A stretch of DNA of 62,844 nt, counting the filler. It is 6 parts of 6 records of this genome, joined end to end, with 100 filler letters (N's around TTAATTAATTAA, not from the genome) between each part and the next. Parts side by side here need not be neighbours in the genome. Positions count along the whole stretch, not along the records: positions 1 to 25,692 come from SRR31156797_1767; positions 25,793 to 36,340 come from SRR31156797_1769; 4 more parts are not named here. One strand, 5' to 3'. Position 1 is the first letter of the stretch. The number at the start of each line of letters is the position of its first letter. The position numbers and the translations under genes were made by a program. The notes beneath the pieces are model-generated. The model was not told where the DNA came from. It did no database searches and was given only the letters and a program-made list of their open reading frames with translations. Below are positions 19,884 through 27,417 of this stretch, one piece after another.

Positions 19884-20966
19884 TTAATTTTTAAGCTGTT
19901 TTTCATTCACTGTGTGCATGGTCTCAATGCTTTTTTCCAAAGCTGTGACCATCTGGCGCGATTCTTTGATCAGTCTTCCGGTTAGTTCGTTGCCGAGACC
20001 GATTTCTTTGGTTGTTTCCATAGACTGATCCTGAACAGTATTGATTGCTTCAGCTGAGCGCTGTTGGAGCAGGGTCAGTTTCAGCAGAAACTTGTTTGTG
20101 TTTTCAAGGGATTCAAGCAGGGCTTCGTTGTTCTTTTCCAGCTGGGTGGAAATTGCGGCCATCTGGCTGCCCAGATCCAAATCCGGGGAGATTGTACCTG
20201 CTGTGCCGGATTTGCTTGCAGCATATTCGGTCTTTTCATTGAGCCAGTTTTCAAGGCGCTGTTTGAGCTGGTCATGCATGCGGCCCAGAAGGATCGAGAG
20301 AACACCTACAACAGCACTGCCCGCAAGACCGAACAGGGAGGTTGAAAAAGCGGTCCCCATTCCGGCCATGGGGTTTTTCAGCTCAACAATAAGCTGAATC
20401 ATGACTTGCATTATGGATGTATCGCTGGAGTCGGTCAGTCCTCCAGCAAGGGTGGAAAGGATGTCCCCCATGGATTGCAGGGTCAGGGTAAGACCGAGAA
20501 ATGTTCCCATAAGGCCAAGCAGAACAAGGAATCCGCTTAGAAATGAGATCAAAGAAGAGCGAGAAGAAATATTTTGTTCAAGGCTCTCTATAATGGAACG
20601 GCTGTCACTGGACGATCTAACGATCAGGACGCCATTTTCTTTGATGGAACAGCCGATTGAAACAAGCACATTTCCGAGCAAACCTTTGTTCAGGTCATCC
20701 AATTCAAATGTACTGTCTTCAGGTTTTTCACACCACTCTGTAAAAGCGGCGAAAAGCTTCATATCTCTGCGCACTGAAAAGATATAACGGAAGGCAGTGA
20801 TCACACTTCCGGCAAATACGGCAAGGATAATGGAGTTGATTATTTCCGATGTGGCAAAAAGAGTTTTCAAAAAGGCGAAACTAACCACTACGCTGCCGAT
20901 AACTGCAAGTAGTACAAAAATTGATAAAGTTAAATATAATCTATATTTATTGCTGTTGTAAGCCAT
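19884..20966 (-). CDS. MotA/TolQ/ExbB-family protein with cytoplasmic coiled-coil tail (SiiB-like)
   Basis: LVLLGLMGTFLGL and GMGTAFSTSLFGL helices typical of the MotA/ExbB channel domain; about 130-aa helical C-tail; first gene of the operon. Confidence 0.85.
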   Translation of the reverse strand: MAYNSNKYRLYLTLSIFVLLAVIGSVVVSFAFLKTLFATSEIINSIILAVFAGSVITAFRYIFSVRRDMKLFAAFTEWCEKPEDSTFELDDLNKGLLGNVLVSIGCSIKENGVLIVRSSSDSRSIIESLEQNISSRSSLISFLSGFLVLLGLMGTFLGLTLTLQSMGDILSTLAGGLTDSSDTSIMQVMIQLIVELKNPMAGMGTAFSTSLFGLAGSAVVGVLSILLGRMHDQLKQRLENWLNEKTEYAASKSGTAGTISPDLDLGSQMAAISTQLEKNNEALLESLENTNKFLLKLTLLQQRSAEAINTVQDQSMETTKEIGLGNELTGRLIKESRQMVTALEKSIETMHTVNEKQLKN

Positions 20967-21066
20967 TATTGTTTAATTCCTTCTGTTCTTAGCTAGAAAA
21001 TAATGTCAGATCGACACTATACCGCTATATAAGAATAATATTTAAATGAAAAGTTCTAAAGAAAGT

Positions 21067-21237
21067 TTATAATACGATTTTAAGAAAGGTATGCCGATTA
21101 AACTTCTTACAGGAGTTCTGTTGGCAGGATGTGCTGGTATGATGTCTGAAAGGTGTTGAATACTGTTCAGGCGTGTACGAGAATAGGCGGTGTGCCGGAC
21201 ATACTATGTCCGGAAAAGCAATATAAATATTTTCCAC
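21067..21237 (-). CDS. Possible 56-aa leader ORF upstream of the T1SS operon
   Basis: GGGAGGGAG Shine-Dalgarno, then GTG: MENIYIAFPDIVCPAHRLFSYTPEQYSTPFRHHTSTSCQQNSCKKFNRHTFLKIVL*; no recognised homology. Confidence 0.3.
   Translation of the reverse strand: MENIYIAFPDIVCPAHRLFSYTPEQYSTPFRHHTSTSCQQNSCKKFNRHTFLKIVL
21195..21213. promoter_or_regulatory. Perfect 9-bp inverted repeat, candidate operator or hairpin
   Basis: CCGGACATA-C-TATGTCCGG. Confidence 0.4.
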
Positions 21238-21430
21238 AGACTCCCTCCCCGGATCAGTGAAATTTAATTGGTAATCTTTTGGGCGTGTTTTGAAGAATAA
21301 TTATGTCGCCCAAGACACGTATTTTTATATTATTCTTATATAAATGTGAAGACTTTCCCTATTATATATTGATGATTGTAACAAGGGAATAATCCATTAA
21401 TGAATGTATGTGTTTAAGGCTTTGAAAAAT

Positions 21431-21464
21431 AAAAGGATTGCATGAAAAATCATGCAATCCTTTT
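21431..21464. terminator. Intrinsic terminator after psd
   Basis: AAAAGGATTGCATG-AAAAAT-CATGCAATCCTTTT perfect hairpin. Confidence 0.85.
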
Positions 21465-21489
21465 AAACTGATGCTAGTTAAAATTAAGC

Positions 21490-22380
21490 TCAGATGGTCG
21501 CGATGTGTTCACCTATTTTAACACTGGTCTCGAAACCGTCACGTGTGTTGCCGATAATATCTGCATCTATTTGCGCTTTTCCTTTTTCCAGAAGCATAAT
21601 CACAGTTGACCCGCCGAATTTGAACCATCCTTTTTCCTGACCTTTTTTAACGTCACTGTCAGGTGTGTAGGTCTGCTCAATGGAGCCGACCATGGTTGCG
21701 CCTACTTCGCAAAGCAGGATGTCGCCAGCGGTCTGGGTTTTGAGGATGCTGTATTCCCTTTTGTTCTCCCAGTATACGCTAAGCATATTTTTTACTGCAT
21801 AGGGTGAAACAGAGAAGTATTCCCCATTGATAAGGGTGGATGAGGATATTTTACCATCAGCAGGGAAGTGGAAGCGGTGGTAATCCACCGGAGCAAGACG
21901 GATGATCAGCAGGGTCCCGTCTTCGTATTTTTTGCTAAGCATGCTGTTCTGGAGGAATTTTTCAAGGGAAAACTCTTGTCCTTTCACAAAAAAAGTATCA
22001 AGGCCGCGGATGTTTTCGAAAGCCAGAATTTTGCCGTCTGCCGGGGAGACTATTGAGTCTGACGCAGCATCTATCGGGCGTGCTTCCGGATTGAGCTCAC
22101 GAATGAAGAAGTCATTGAATGACTCATAAGCTTCCACCGGACGGGTGGCCTCGTTCATATCGATCCCCAAGTCCTTTACAAAACTAGGGATTTTGCCTTT
22201 TGAGTCTGCTGTGTCCATCTTGCTGCCATACCATTGGGAAATAAGTTTCCTTTTAACTATCCCATGCAGGGCTATTTTCCCCAAGGGATTGTGGTATAGC
22301 CATTTTAACCACCCCTCACCCGGAACGGTTTCCTTGCGCAGTTCTCCTGATTTTCGATCAATATATTCTATATAATCCAT
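21490..22380 (-). CDS. psd: Phosphatidylserine decarboxylase proenzyme
   Basis: FNDFFIREL, SPADG, RLAPVDYHRFHFP, FKFGGSTVI self-cleavage motif. Confidence 0.95.
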   Translation of the reverse strand: MDYIEYIDRKSGELRKETVPGEGWLKWLYHNPLGKIALHGIVKRKLISQWYGSKMDTADSKGKIPSFVKDLGIDMNEATRPVEAYESFNDFFIRELNPEARPIDAASDSIVSPADGKILAFENIRGLDTFFVKGQEFSLEKFLQNSMLSKKYEDGTLLIIRLAPVDYHRFHFPADGKISSSTLINGEYFSVSPYAVKNMLSVYWENKREYSILKTQTAGDILLCEVGATMVGSIEQTYTPDSDVKKGQEKGWFKFGGSTVIMLLEKGKAQIDADIIGNTRDGFETSVKIGEHIATI

Positions 22381-22450
22381 GTTCTGCCTCGTGTTTGTTC
22401 ATCTAGCTTGAGGCGTGTGATAGCACTTGAATGATGGTGCGGCAATAAGG

Positions 22451-22484
22451 AAAAACGAAGGACTCACATGAGCCCTTCGTTTTT
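22451..22484. terminator. Intrinsic terminator after the nitroreductase gene
   Basis: AAAAACGAAGGACTC...GAGCCCTTCGTTTTT. Confidence 0.8.
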
Positions 22485-22489
22485 ATTTA

Positions 22490-23326
22490 CTAGAATTTGC
22501 TGACGAGATTTAGGGGCGGTGGGGTGCGCTGCACGGTTCGCTGGTATTGCACTGCGGGGCGGCCAAAGATCATTGTGTAGCCGATAGCATGATCTTCTGG
22601 CACTCCGAGTTTACCAGCCAGTTCGGGAAAGAAGTCATCTACGCACCATTTGAGCATTCCGTCCCAAAGGGTTCCCACTCCCATGGATTGGGCCAGTAAG
22701 TCGAAGGTTGTCAGTGCAATGATACAGTCTTCCTTGGGTAAGGGGACATTCTTTGATGCACTGGCAATGAGGATATGGGGTGCGCCGCGAAGAATTATAT
22801 CTACATCATGTTTAGTATACGCTCCGTAAGCCATTTTCAGGTATTGGAAGCGCATATCGTTTTCGTCGAAATCTGAATTGCTCAGTAGTTTGCCTACTTT
22901 AGTGTAGATTTCCTTACGCAGTTCCGCTGTGGCCTCAACTGTGGTTGTGGCGGTGAAGAACACACCCTGTGCATTGACCCCGGTAGGTGCGTGAAAAGAA
23001 GTTTCGAGCAGTTTTGCAATGGTTCTTTCATCAAGGGCTTCTTTTTTGTATTTGCGAATGGAACGGCGGCCTTTGATAAGGGTTTCCATGGAGTGTGCGG
23101 TGGGTAGTTCATATTGCAGCTCAATGCTGTTGTCCGGGACTACGTCCATGATCGAGATTGCGGCTGTGGGGCAGATTGCTAGGCAGTGCTGGCAGCGCAA
23201 GCATTTGTTCTCGTCCTGAATTACCGGGAAGTCACCTTCCTGCATGGAGATACACATGGGCGGACAGTCGGTTATGCATTTGCCGCACCTGATGCAGCGT
23301 TCCTCGTTTACTTTGAAATTGAGCAT
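22490..23326 (-). CDS. Nitroreductase-family protein with N-terminal 2x[4Fe-4S] domain
   Basis: CIRCGKCITDCP / CLRCQHCLAICP, RRSIRKY, APTGVNAQ; likely start ATG 23326. Confidence 0.92.
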   Translation of the reverse strand: MLNFKVNEERCIRCGKCITDCPPMCISMQEGDFPVIQDENKCLRCQHCLAICPTAAISIMDVVPDNSIELQYELPTAHSMETLIKGRRSIRKYKKEALDERTIAKLLETSFHAPTGVNAQGVFFTATTTVEATAELRKEIYTKVGKLLSNSDFDENDMRFQYLKMAYGAYTKHDVDIILRGAPHILIASASKNVPLPKEDCIIALTTFDLLAQSMGVGTLWDGMLKWCVDDFFPELAGKLGVPEDHAIGYTMIFGRPAVQYQRTVQRTPPPLNLVSKF

Positions 23327-23430
23327 AATTATTCCCTTATCAATGGTTGAATTTATGGAAGTCCGAGTGCAAATTTCATCATACACTATAAAGAAGAATT
23401 TTCACGTGTCATCAGATAAATGTCAGAAGA

Positions 23431-23757
23431 TTAAAGTTTAAAGTGCTTTTTTCCCCAGTCGCGCATCATCATGATTAAGGGACGTAGGGTTTCCCCGTAT
23501 TCCGTTACGGAATATTCTACCTTCGGAGGGACTTGAGCATAGACCTTGCGATGCACGATGCCTTCCTTTTCAAGTTCACGAAGTTGCTTGGTCAGCATAT
23601 GCTGGGTGATGTTTTGCATAGTCCGTTTCAGTTCGCCGAAACGGTAGGGTCGATGCAGCAGATGGTAGAGGATAGCCCCTTTCCATTTGCCGCCGATCAC
23701 TTCCAATGTTGCTTCTACGGGGCAGCCTTTGTTGCAATCGTATCGTTCGTGAGCCAT
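23431..23757 (-). CDS. HxlR-family winged-helix regulator
   Basis: CPVEATLEVIGGKWK, RFGELKR, LTKQLRELE, VPPKVEYS. Confidence 0.93.
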   Translation of the reverse strand: MAHERYDCNKGCPVEATLEVIGGKWKGAILYHLLHRPYRFGELKRTMQNITQHMLTKQLRELEKEGIVHRKVYAQVPPKVEYSVTEYGETLRPLIMMMRDWGKKHFKL

Positions 23758-23912
23758 TGATTATCCTTAAATATCTAGTTTTTGGCACTACCTGAAAATA
23801 ATAAGTTACTAACGTAAATTATATGTACATGTAAATTGTTTGGTGTGAGGGCAGGGGCAATAAAATGTATGTAGTGAAATGAGTATAGTTATCACTATTT
23901 GACTGTGTTTTA

Positions 23913-23948
23913 TTGACATTCTTTTTTATTTGGTTAATTTGCCAAATA
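23913..23948 (+). promoter_or_regulatory. -35 TTGACA followed by an inverted repeat (ArsR-type operator candidate)
   Basis: TTGACA at 23913; TATTTGG-TTAATTTG-CCAAATA at 23927-23948 covering the expected -10 region. Confidence 0.55.
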
Positions 23949-23970
23949 TAAACATAACAAGGAGTAAGCA

Positions 23971-24201
23971 GTGAAAATTCAAGTTCTCGGACCCGGTTGT
24001 TCCAAGTGTGCCAAGGCGGAAAAAATTGTACAGGAAGCTGTAGCGGAAAGTGGCATTCAGGCCGAAGTCATCAAGGTCAGTGATTTTCAAGAAATTGCAA
24101 TGATGGGTGTATTTTCCACTCCTGCAGTTGCAATTGATGGAGATGTTAAGGTTGTGGGCAAGGTTCCAAGCAAAAAAGACGTGCTCAAGTGGCTGAAGTA
24201 A
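23971..24201 (+). CDS. Small redox-active disulfide protein (MTH895/thioredoxin-like)
   Basis: MKIQVLGPGCSKC...GVFSTPAVAIDG..GKVP; AAGGAG RBS. Confidence 0.9.
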   Translation: MKIQVLGPGCSKCAKAEKIVQEAVAESGIQAEVIKVSDFQEIAMMGVFSTPAVAIDGDVKVVGKVPSKKDVLKWLK

Positions 24202-24220
24202 TCAGGTCTGTGGAGTAAAT

Positions 24221-24646
24221 ATGTCAAAACAAAATATTGCTTTGATAGGCTGTTTGCTGGCTATGTGGTTGTGCCTTTCTGCTTGTTCAGCTGACGCAGA
24301 AGAGTCAGAAACATCCTCTGTTGCGGCTCCTGAACTTATTTCAGGAAAACCGCACAAGCTTCCCATTGCCGGCATGGTGACTATGGTTGATATAGGTGCC
24401 CATGCCTGCATTCCTTGTAAAATGATGACTCCGGTGATTGAGGAACTGTCCAAAGAATATGATGGACGGGCCGCGATCGCTTTTATTGATGTCTGGGAAT
24501 ACCGTGAGGAGGCTGCCAAATATAATATCCGCTCCATTCCAACTCAAATATTTTACGATGCGCAGGGTAAGGAACAGTATCGGCATGTCGGCTTTCTGGA
24601 TAAAAAAAGTATCGTGGCAAAATTGAAAGAACTGGGTGTCCGGTAA
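24221..24646 (+). CDS. Exported thioredoxin-family protein
   Basis: Signal or lipoprotein N-terminus, CIPC, IRSIPT. Confidence 0.9.
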   Translation: MSKQNIALIGCLLAMWLCLSACSADAEESETSSVAAPELISGKPHKLPIAGMVTMVDIGAHACIPCKMMTPVIEELSKEYDGRAAIAFIDVWEYREEAAKYNIRSIPTQIFYDAQGKEQYRHVGFLDKKSIVAKLKELGVR

Positions 24647-24650
24647 AAGT

Positions 24651-25349
24651 ATGGATCAGTTTTTGATTGCCATCAACAACTGGATTGTTAGCGGCACAGC
24701 ATGGGCGGGACTTGGCTGCCTGCTTTGGGGCATGGTGAGTGTTTTATTCTCACCATGTCATCTTGCTTCAATCCCGCTTATTGTCGGTTATGTGGGCGGG
24801 CAAAATGAACTTGTCGAGGGCCGCAGGGCCTCGGCCTATGCCGGACTGTTCACCCTTGGTCTGTTTATTACTATCGCACTGATCGGTACTGGCTGTGCCA
24901 TATTGGGGCGGATGATGGGTGATGTCAGCCCATGGTGGACGGTGCTGGTCGGTGGGATTCTGCTCTGGGTGGCTATGGATATGCTTGGTATAGCTAATTG
25001 TTCTATGTCCGGCAGTCTGATGGGGCGCCTTAAGCTAAAAGGATACAGGGGTGCTTTTGTGCTTGGGTTGGCTTATGGCATTCTGTCCGGTTCATGCACT
25101 TTCGGCTTTATTGCTCCTATTTTGGCGATTATTACCGTGCAGGGCGAGATTGCATCCGGAATGCTGTTGATCATCTTTTTTGGTATAGGTCATTGTTTGC
25201 CTATTGCTGTGGCTGGAAGTTCAACGGCAGTGGTTCGACGTCTGCTGGAAAGCAGTAGCTGGCAGCAGGGTGGCATAATTTTTCGTAAGCTGGCTGGAGG
25301 TACTATCGGTCTTATTGGGCTATATTTTGTGATTCGTCCTATCTTGTGA
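24651..25349 (+). CDS. ccdA: CcdA/DsbD-type transmembrane electron transporter
   Basis: FSPCHLASIP and GSCTFGFIAP cysteine motifs, 6 TM helices. Confidence 0.88.
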   Translation: MDQFLIAINNWIVSGTAWAGLGCLLWGMVSVLFSPCHLASIPLIVGYVGGQNELVEGRRASAYAGLFTLGLFITIALIGTGCAILGRMMGDVSPWWTVLVGGILLWVAMDMLGIANCSMSGSLMGRLKLKGYRGAFVLGLAYGILSGSCTFGFIAPILAIITVQGEIASGMLLIIFFGIGHCLPIAVAGSSTAVVRRLLESSSWQQGGIIFRKLAGGTIGLIGLYFVIRPIL

Positions 25350-25403
25350 TCCTCAAAGATTTCCCTCTTTGAGCCGCACAGAAGGTTGTATGCTGTGATT
25401 AGC

Positions 25404-25447
25404 AAACAAGCCGCTACCCGTAATATACGGGTAGCGGCTTGTTTTTT
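25404..25447. terminator. Intrinsic terminator after ccdA
   Basis: AAACAAGCCGCTACCCGTA-A-TATACGGGTAGCGGCTTGTTTTTT. Confidence 0.85.
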
Positions 25448-25621
25448 AGAGAATTGTAGTTGGTGATGGTTGAGTAGGATTTTGGGCCAAGCGTAATTCT
25501 GAACTTGAACTTAGTCTACTTGCTGTGTAGCTTTTGGCTTTTCGAATATAAGCGAGGGAAAATCTTATTATGGACTTTTATTATCTTTCATCTCAAGTGT
25601 GGGGAATACAAAATCCAAAAG

Positions 25622-25656
25622 AAAAAGGGTTACAAGTTTTCACTTGTAACCCTTTG
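25622..25656 (-). terminator. Terminator downstream of the tRNA
   Basis: AAAAAGGGTTACAAGT-TTTC-ACTTGTAACCCTTT. Confidence 0.8.
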
Positions 25657-25664
25657 TATTTACA

Positions 25665-25692
25665 TGGCGGGGCAGGAAGGATTCGAACCCTC
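25665..25692 (-). tRNA. 3' end of a tRNA (possibly Trp; anticodon lost at the contig break)
   Basis: Reverse complement GAGGG-TTCGAAT-CCTTC-CTGCCCC-G-CCA gives T-arm, acceptor strand, G discriminator and CCA. Confidence 0.85.
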
Positions 25693-25792
25693 NNNNNNNN
25701 NNNNNNNNNNNNNNNNNNNNNNNNNNNNNNNNNNNNTTAATTAATTAANNNNNNNNNNNNNNNNNNNNNNNNNNNNNNNNNNNNNNNNNNNN
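25693..25792. other. Artificial contig spacer
   Basis: N44-TTAATTAATTAA-N44, with stops in all six frames. Confidence 0.99.
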
Positions 25793-25793
25793 A

Positions 25794-26117
25794 CCAATAG
25801 AGGAGCTCAGCCCGAAACTTGGAGCCTCCCTTGATGACGGTGCATTCCATTTCGACGATTTCAGCAAAGGCCGCGGATCGAGTAAAGGCCGCAATTCTGA
25901 ACGGGCTGTTGGTACCTTGCGGGCGACCAGCCAAGCATTTGCGGCTTTCCTTGAGTTCGAAACCACACCCGAACAGGGTGTCGGTTCTGATATCAGCGGT
26001 GGCAGATCGGGTTTTGCCGCAGTGATTGCCCGTGCCATTGGCACTTACGAAACCAACGCACGCGTCATCAGCGGCGGAATAATCCCACTAGGAAGTTCAT
26101 TGAGTTTAAACCTCTAG
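25794..26117 (+). CDS. Hypothetical protein, C-terminal part
   Basis: Open frame from the contig edge ending ...ARAIGTYETNARVISGGIIPLGSSLSLNL*. Confidence 0.55.
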   Translation, partial: PIEELSPKLGASLDDGAFHFDDFSKGRGSSKGRNSERAVGTLRATSQAFAAFLEFETTPEQGVGSDISGGRSGFAAVIARAIGTYETNARVISGGIIPLGSSLSLNL

Positions 26118-26279
26118 CCCCTCGACCTGTTCGATTGAAGGCGGCCTTAGGCCGTTTTTTTTTGGCCAACTGGTGTGATGTCAGTCACCACACAGGCAAT
26201 GGCCATGGAATATATTGTCGAAAGAGCTGCTTCCCGTCCGCTGCATACGGACCTGTGAAAACTTGCGAGGGATCTTGTC

Positions 26280-26639
26280 TTGGGCGTTGAAAGAGCTATA
26301 TCAATCGCCATGTCGGGCATGGCTGCAAATAGCCGATCGGTTGCGACGATCGCCAACAATATTGCGAACGTCAACACGAAAGGTTTCGTCGCAGGGCAAC
26401 CGGTAACCACGAGTGTGGTTTCTCCTGCACAGCGGGGAAGTGCTTCGACCATCGGCGGTGTCAAATTTCACGTTAAACCATCCGTCACCTTTTCCGCTAC
26501 GTCTTTGGAAATGACATCCGTCGACCTGGTTGGCGAGTTTTCGCGCTTGGCCCAGGCTCGTACCGCCTACGGATTTGGGGCAGATTTGGTCCGCACGGGA
26601 TCGGAGATGATCCGCGAAGCCTTCACAGACGAAGCCTAA
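26280..26639 (+). CDS. Small flagellar basal-body rod/hook-family protein (terminal helices only)
   Basis: SGMAAN..IANNIANVNTKGF N-motif and VDLVGEF...Q..TAY C-motif in 119 aa. Confidence 0.8.
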   Translation: MGVERAISIAMSGMAANSRSVATIANNIANVNTKGFVAGQPVTTSVVSPAQRGSASTIGGVKFHVKPSVTFSATSLEMTSVDLVGEFSRLAQARTAYGFGADLVRTGSEMIREAFTDEA

Positions 26640-26799
26640 TCCCGGCCATCAAGCAATGGCGGGAACAATACACTGCCAGCGAAACCGTGCATTTTCACTT
26701 GATTCATTCTATATTTCCAATTTGGGACGCAGGTTGGTTTCTCCTGCTTTTTTGGTAGTGTTTGCGGTGCCGCGTGCCCGCCAAGTTCGGGAATAAACT

Positions 26800-27342
26800 A
26801 TGCCATCAGCCGTTGATTCGGCCTTCGATGTGGCGTTCTGGTTCGCCGACACGGCCCTGAATAGCAATGAATACCTGCAGCCGCAAAAGCTGCATCGGTT
26901 GATGTTTCTCGCTCAGGCTTATTACGCTGTTATCAACAAGGGCAAAAAGTTGATGCCGTCGGTTTTCGTCGCATCCGAGATGGGACCGATCGAACCCAAT
27001 GTATATGCCGCTTTCTCCAAGGGACGTCCCGACATCGAAATTAACCTTTTCATGGCCGAAGGTGTCGAGGAATTCCTCGATACGATCTGGCGCCGGTTTG
27101 GCCATCATTCGGCCGATCGCCTGACTAAAATGACGAAAGCGACTACGGCCTACAAAACAGCTCGGAAAAAGGGGAAACGGGCGGAAATAACCATCGAAAA
27201 TATGGTCGTAGCCTTTGCACGGGCCGAAGAAACACCTGGCGTCAACCAGATCTTCCGACCGAAGGTCATGCGTTCTCACACAGGTAAACCGGTAACCGTC
27301 AAGGCCTGGGTTCCCGGCAAACCCGCCAAACCCGGCTCATAG
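26800..27342 (+). CDS. Panacea/SocA (DUF4065)-like protein
   Basis: AFDVAFWF, LQPQKLHRLMFLAQA, GPIEP, followed by IW..FG..SA..L..MT. Confidence 0.75.
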   Translation: MPSAVDSAFDVAFWFADTALNSNEYLQPQKLHRLMFLAQAYYAVINKGKKLMPSVFVASEMGPIEPNVYAAFSKGRPDIEINLFMAEGVEEFLDTIWRRFGHHSADRLTKMTKATTAYKTARKKGKRAEITIENMVVAFARAEETPGVNQIFRPKVMRSHTGKPVTVKAWVPGKPAKPGS

Positions 27343-27417
27343 GTCCCTTGCCAAGGAAATCAAAAAAACCGCCCGCAGTGAATACCGGCGATCAATTCCT
27401 TGTTTGACGGGCCACAC

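Noticed and set aside
9552-20966. Zorya (ZorAB) anti-phage system
   Set aside because: A MotA/MotB-like pair is present, but there is no ZorC/D/E helicase or nuclease, and the genes are interleaved with a complete T1SS and adhesin, which fits SiiAB better
23971-24646. Selenoprotein thioredoxins
   Set aside because: Both CxxC motifs use Cys codons and there is no in-frame TGA
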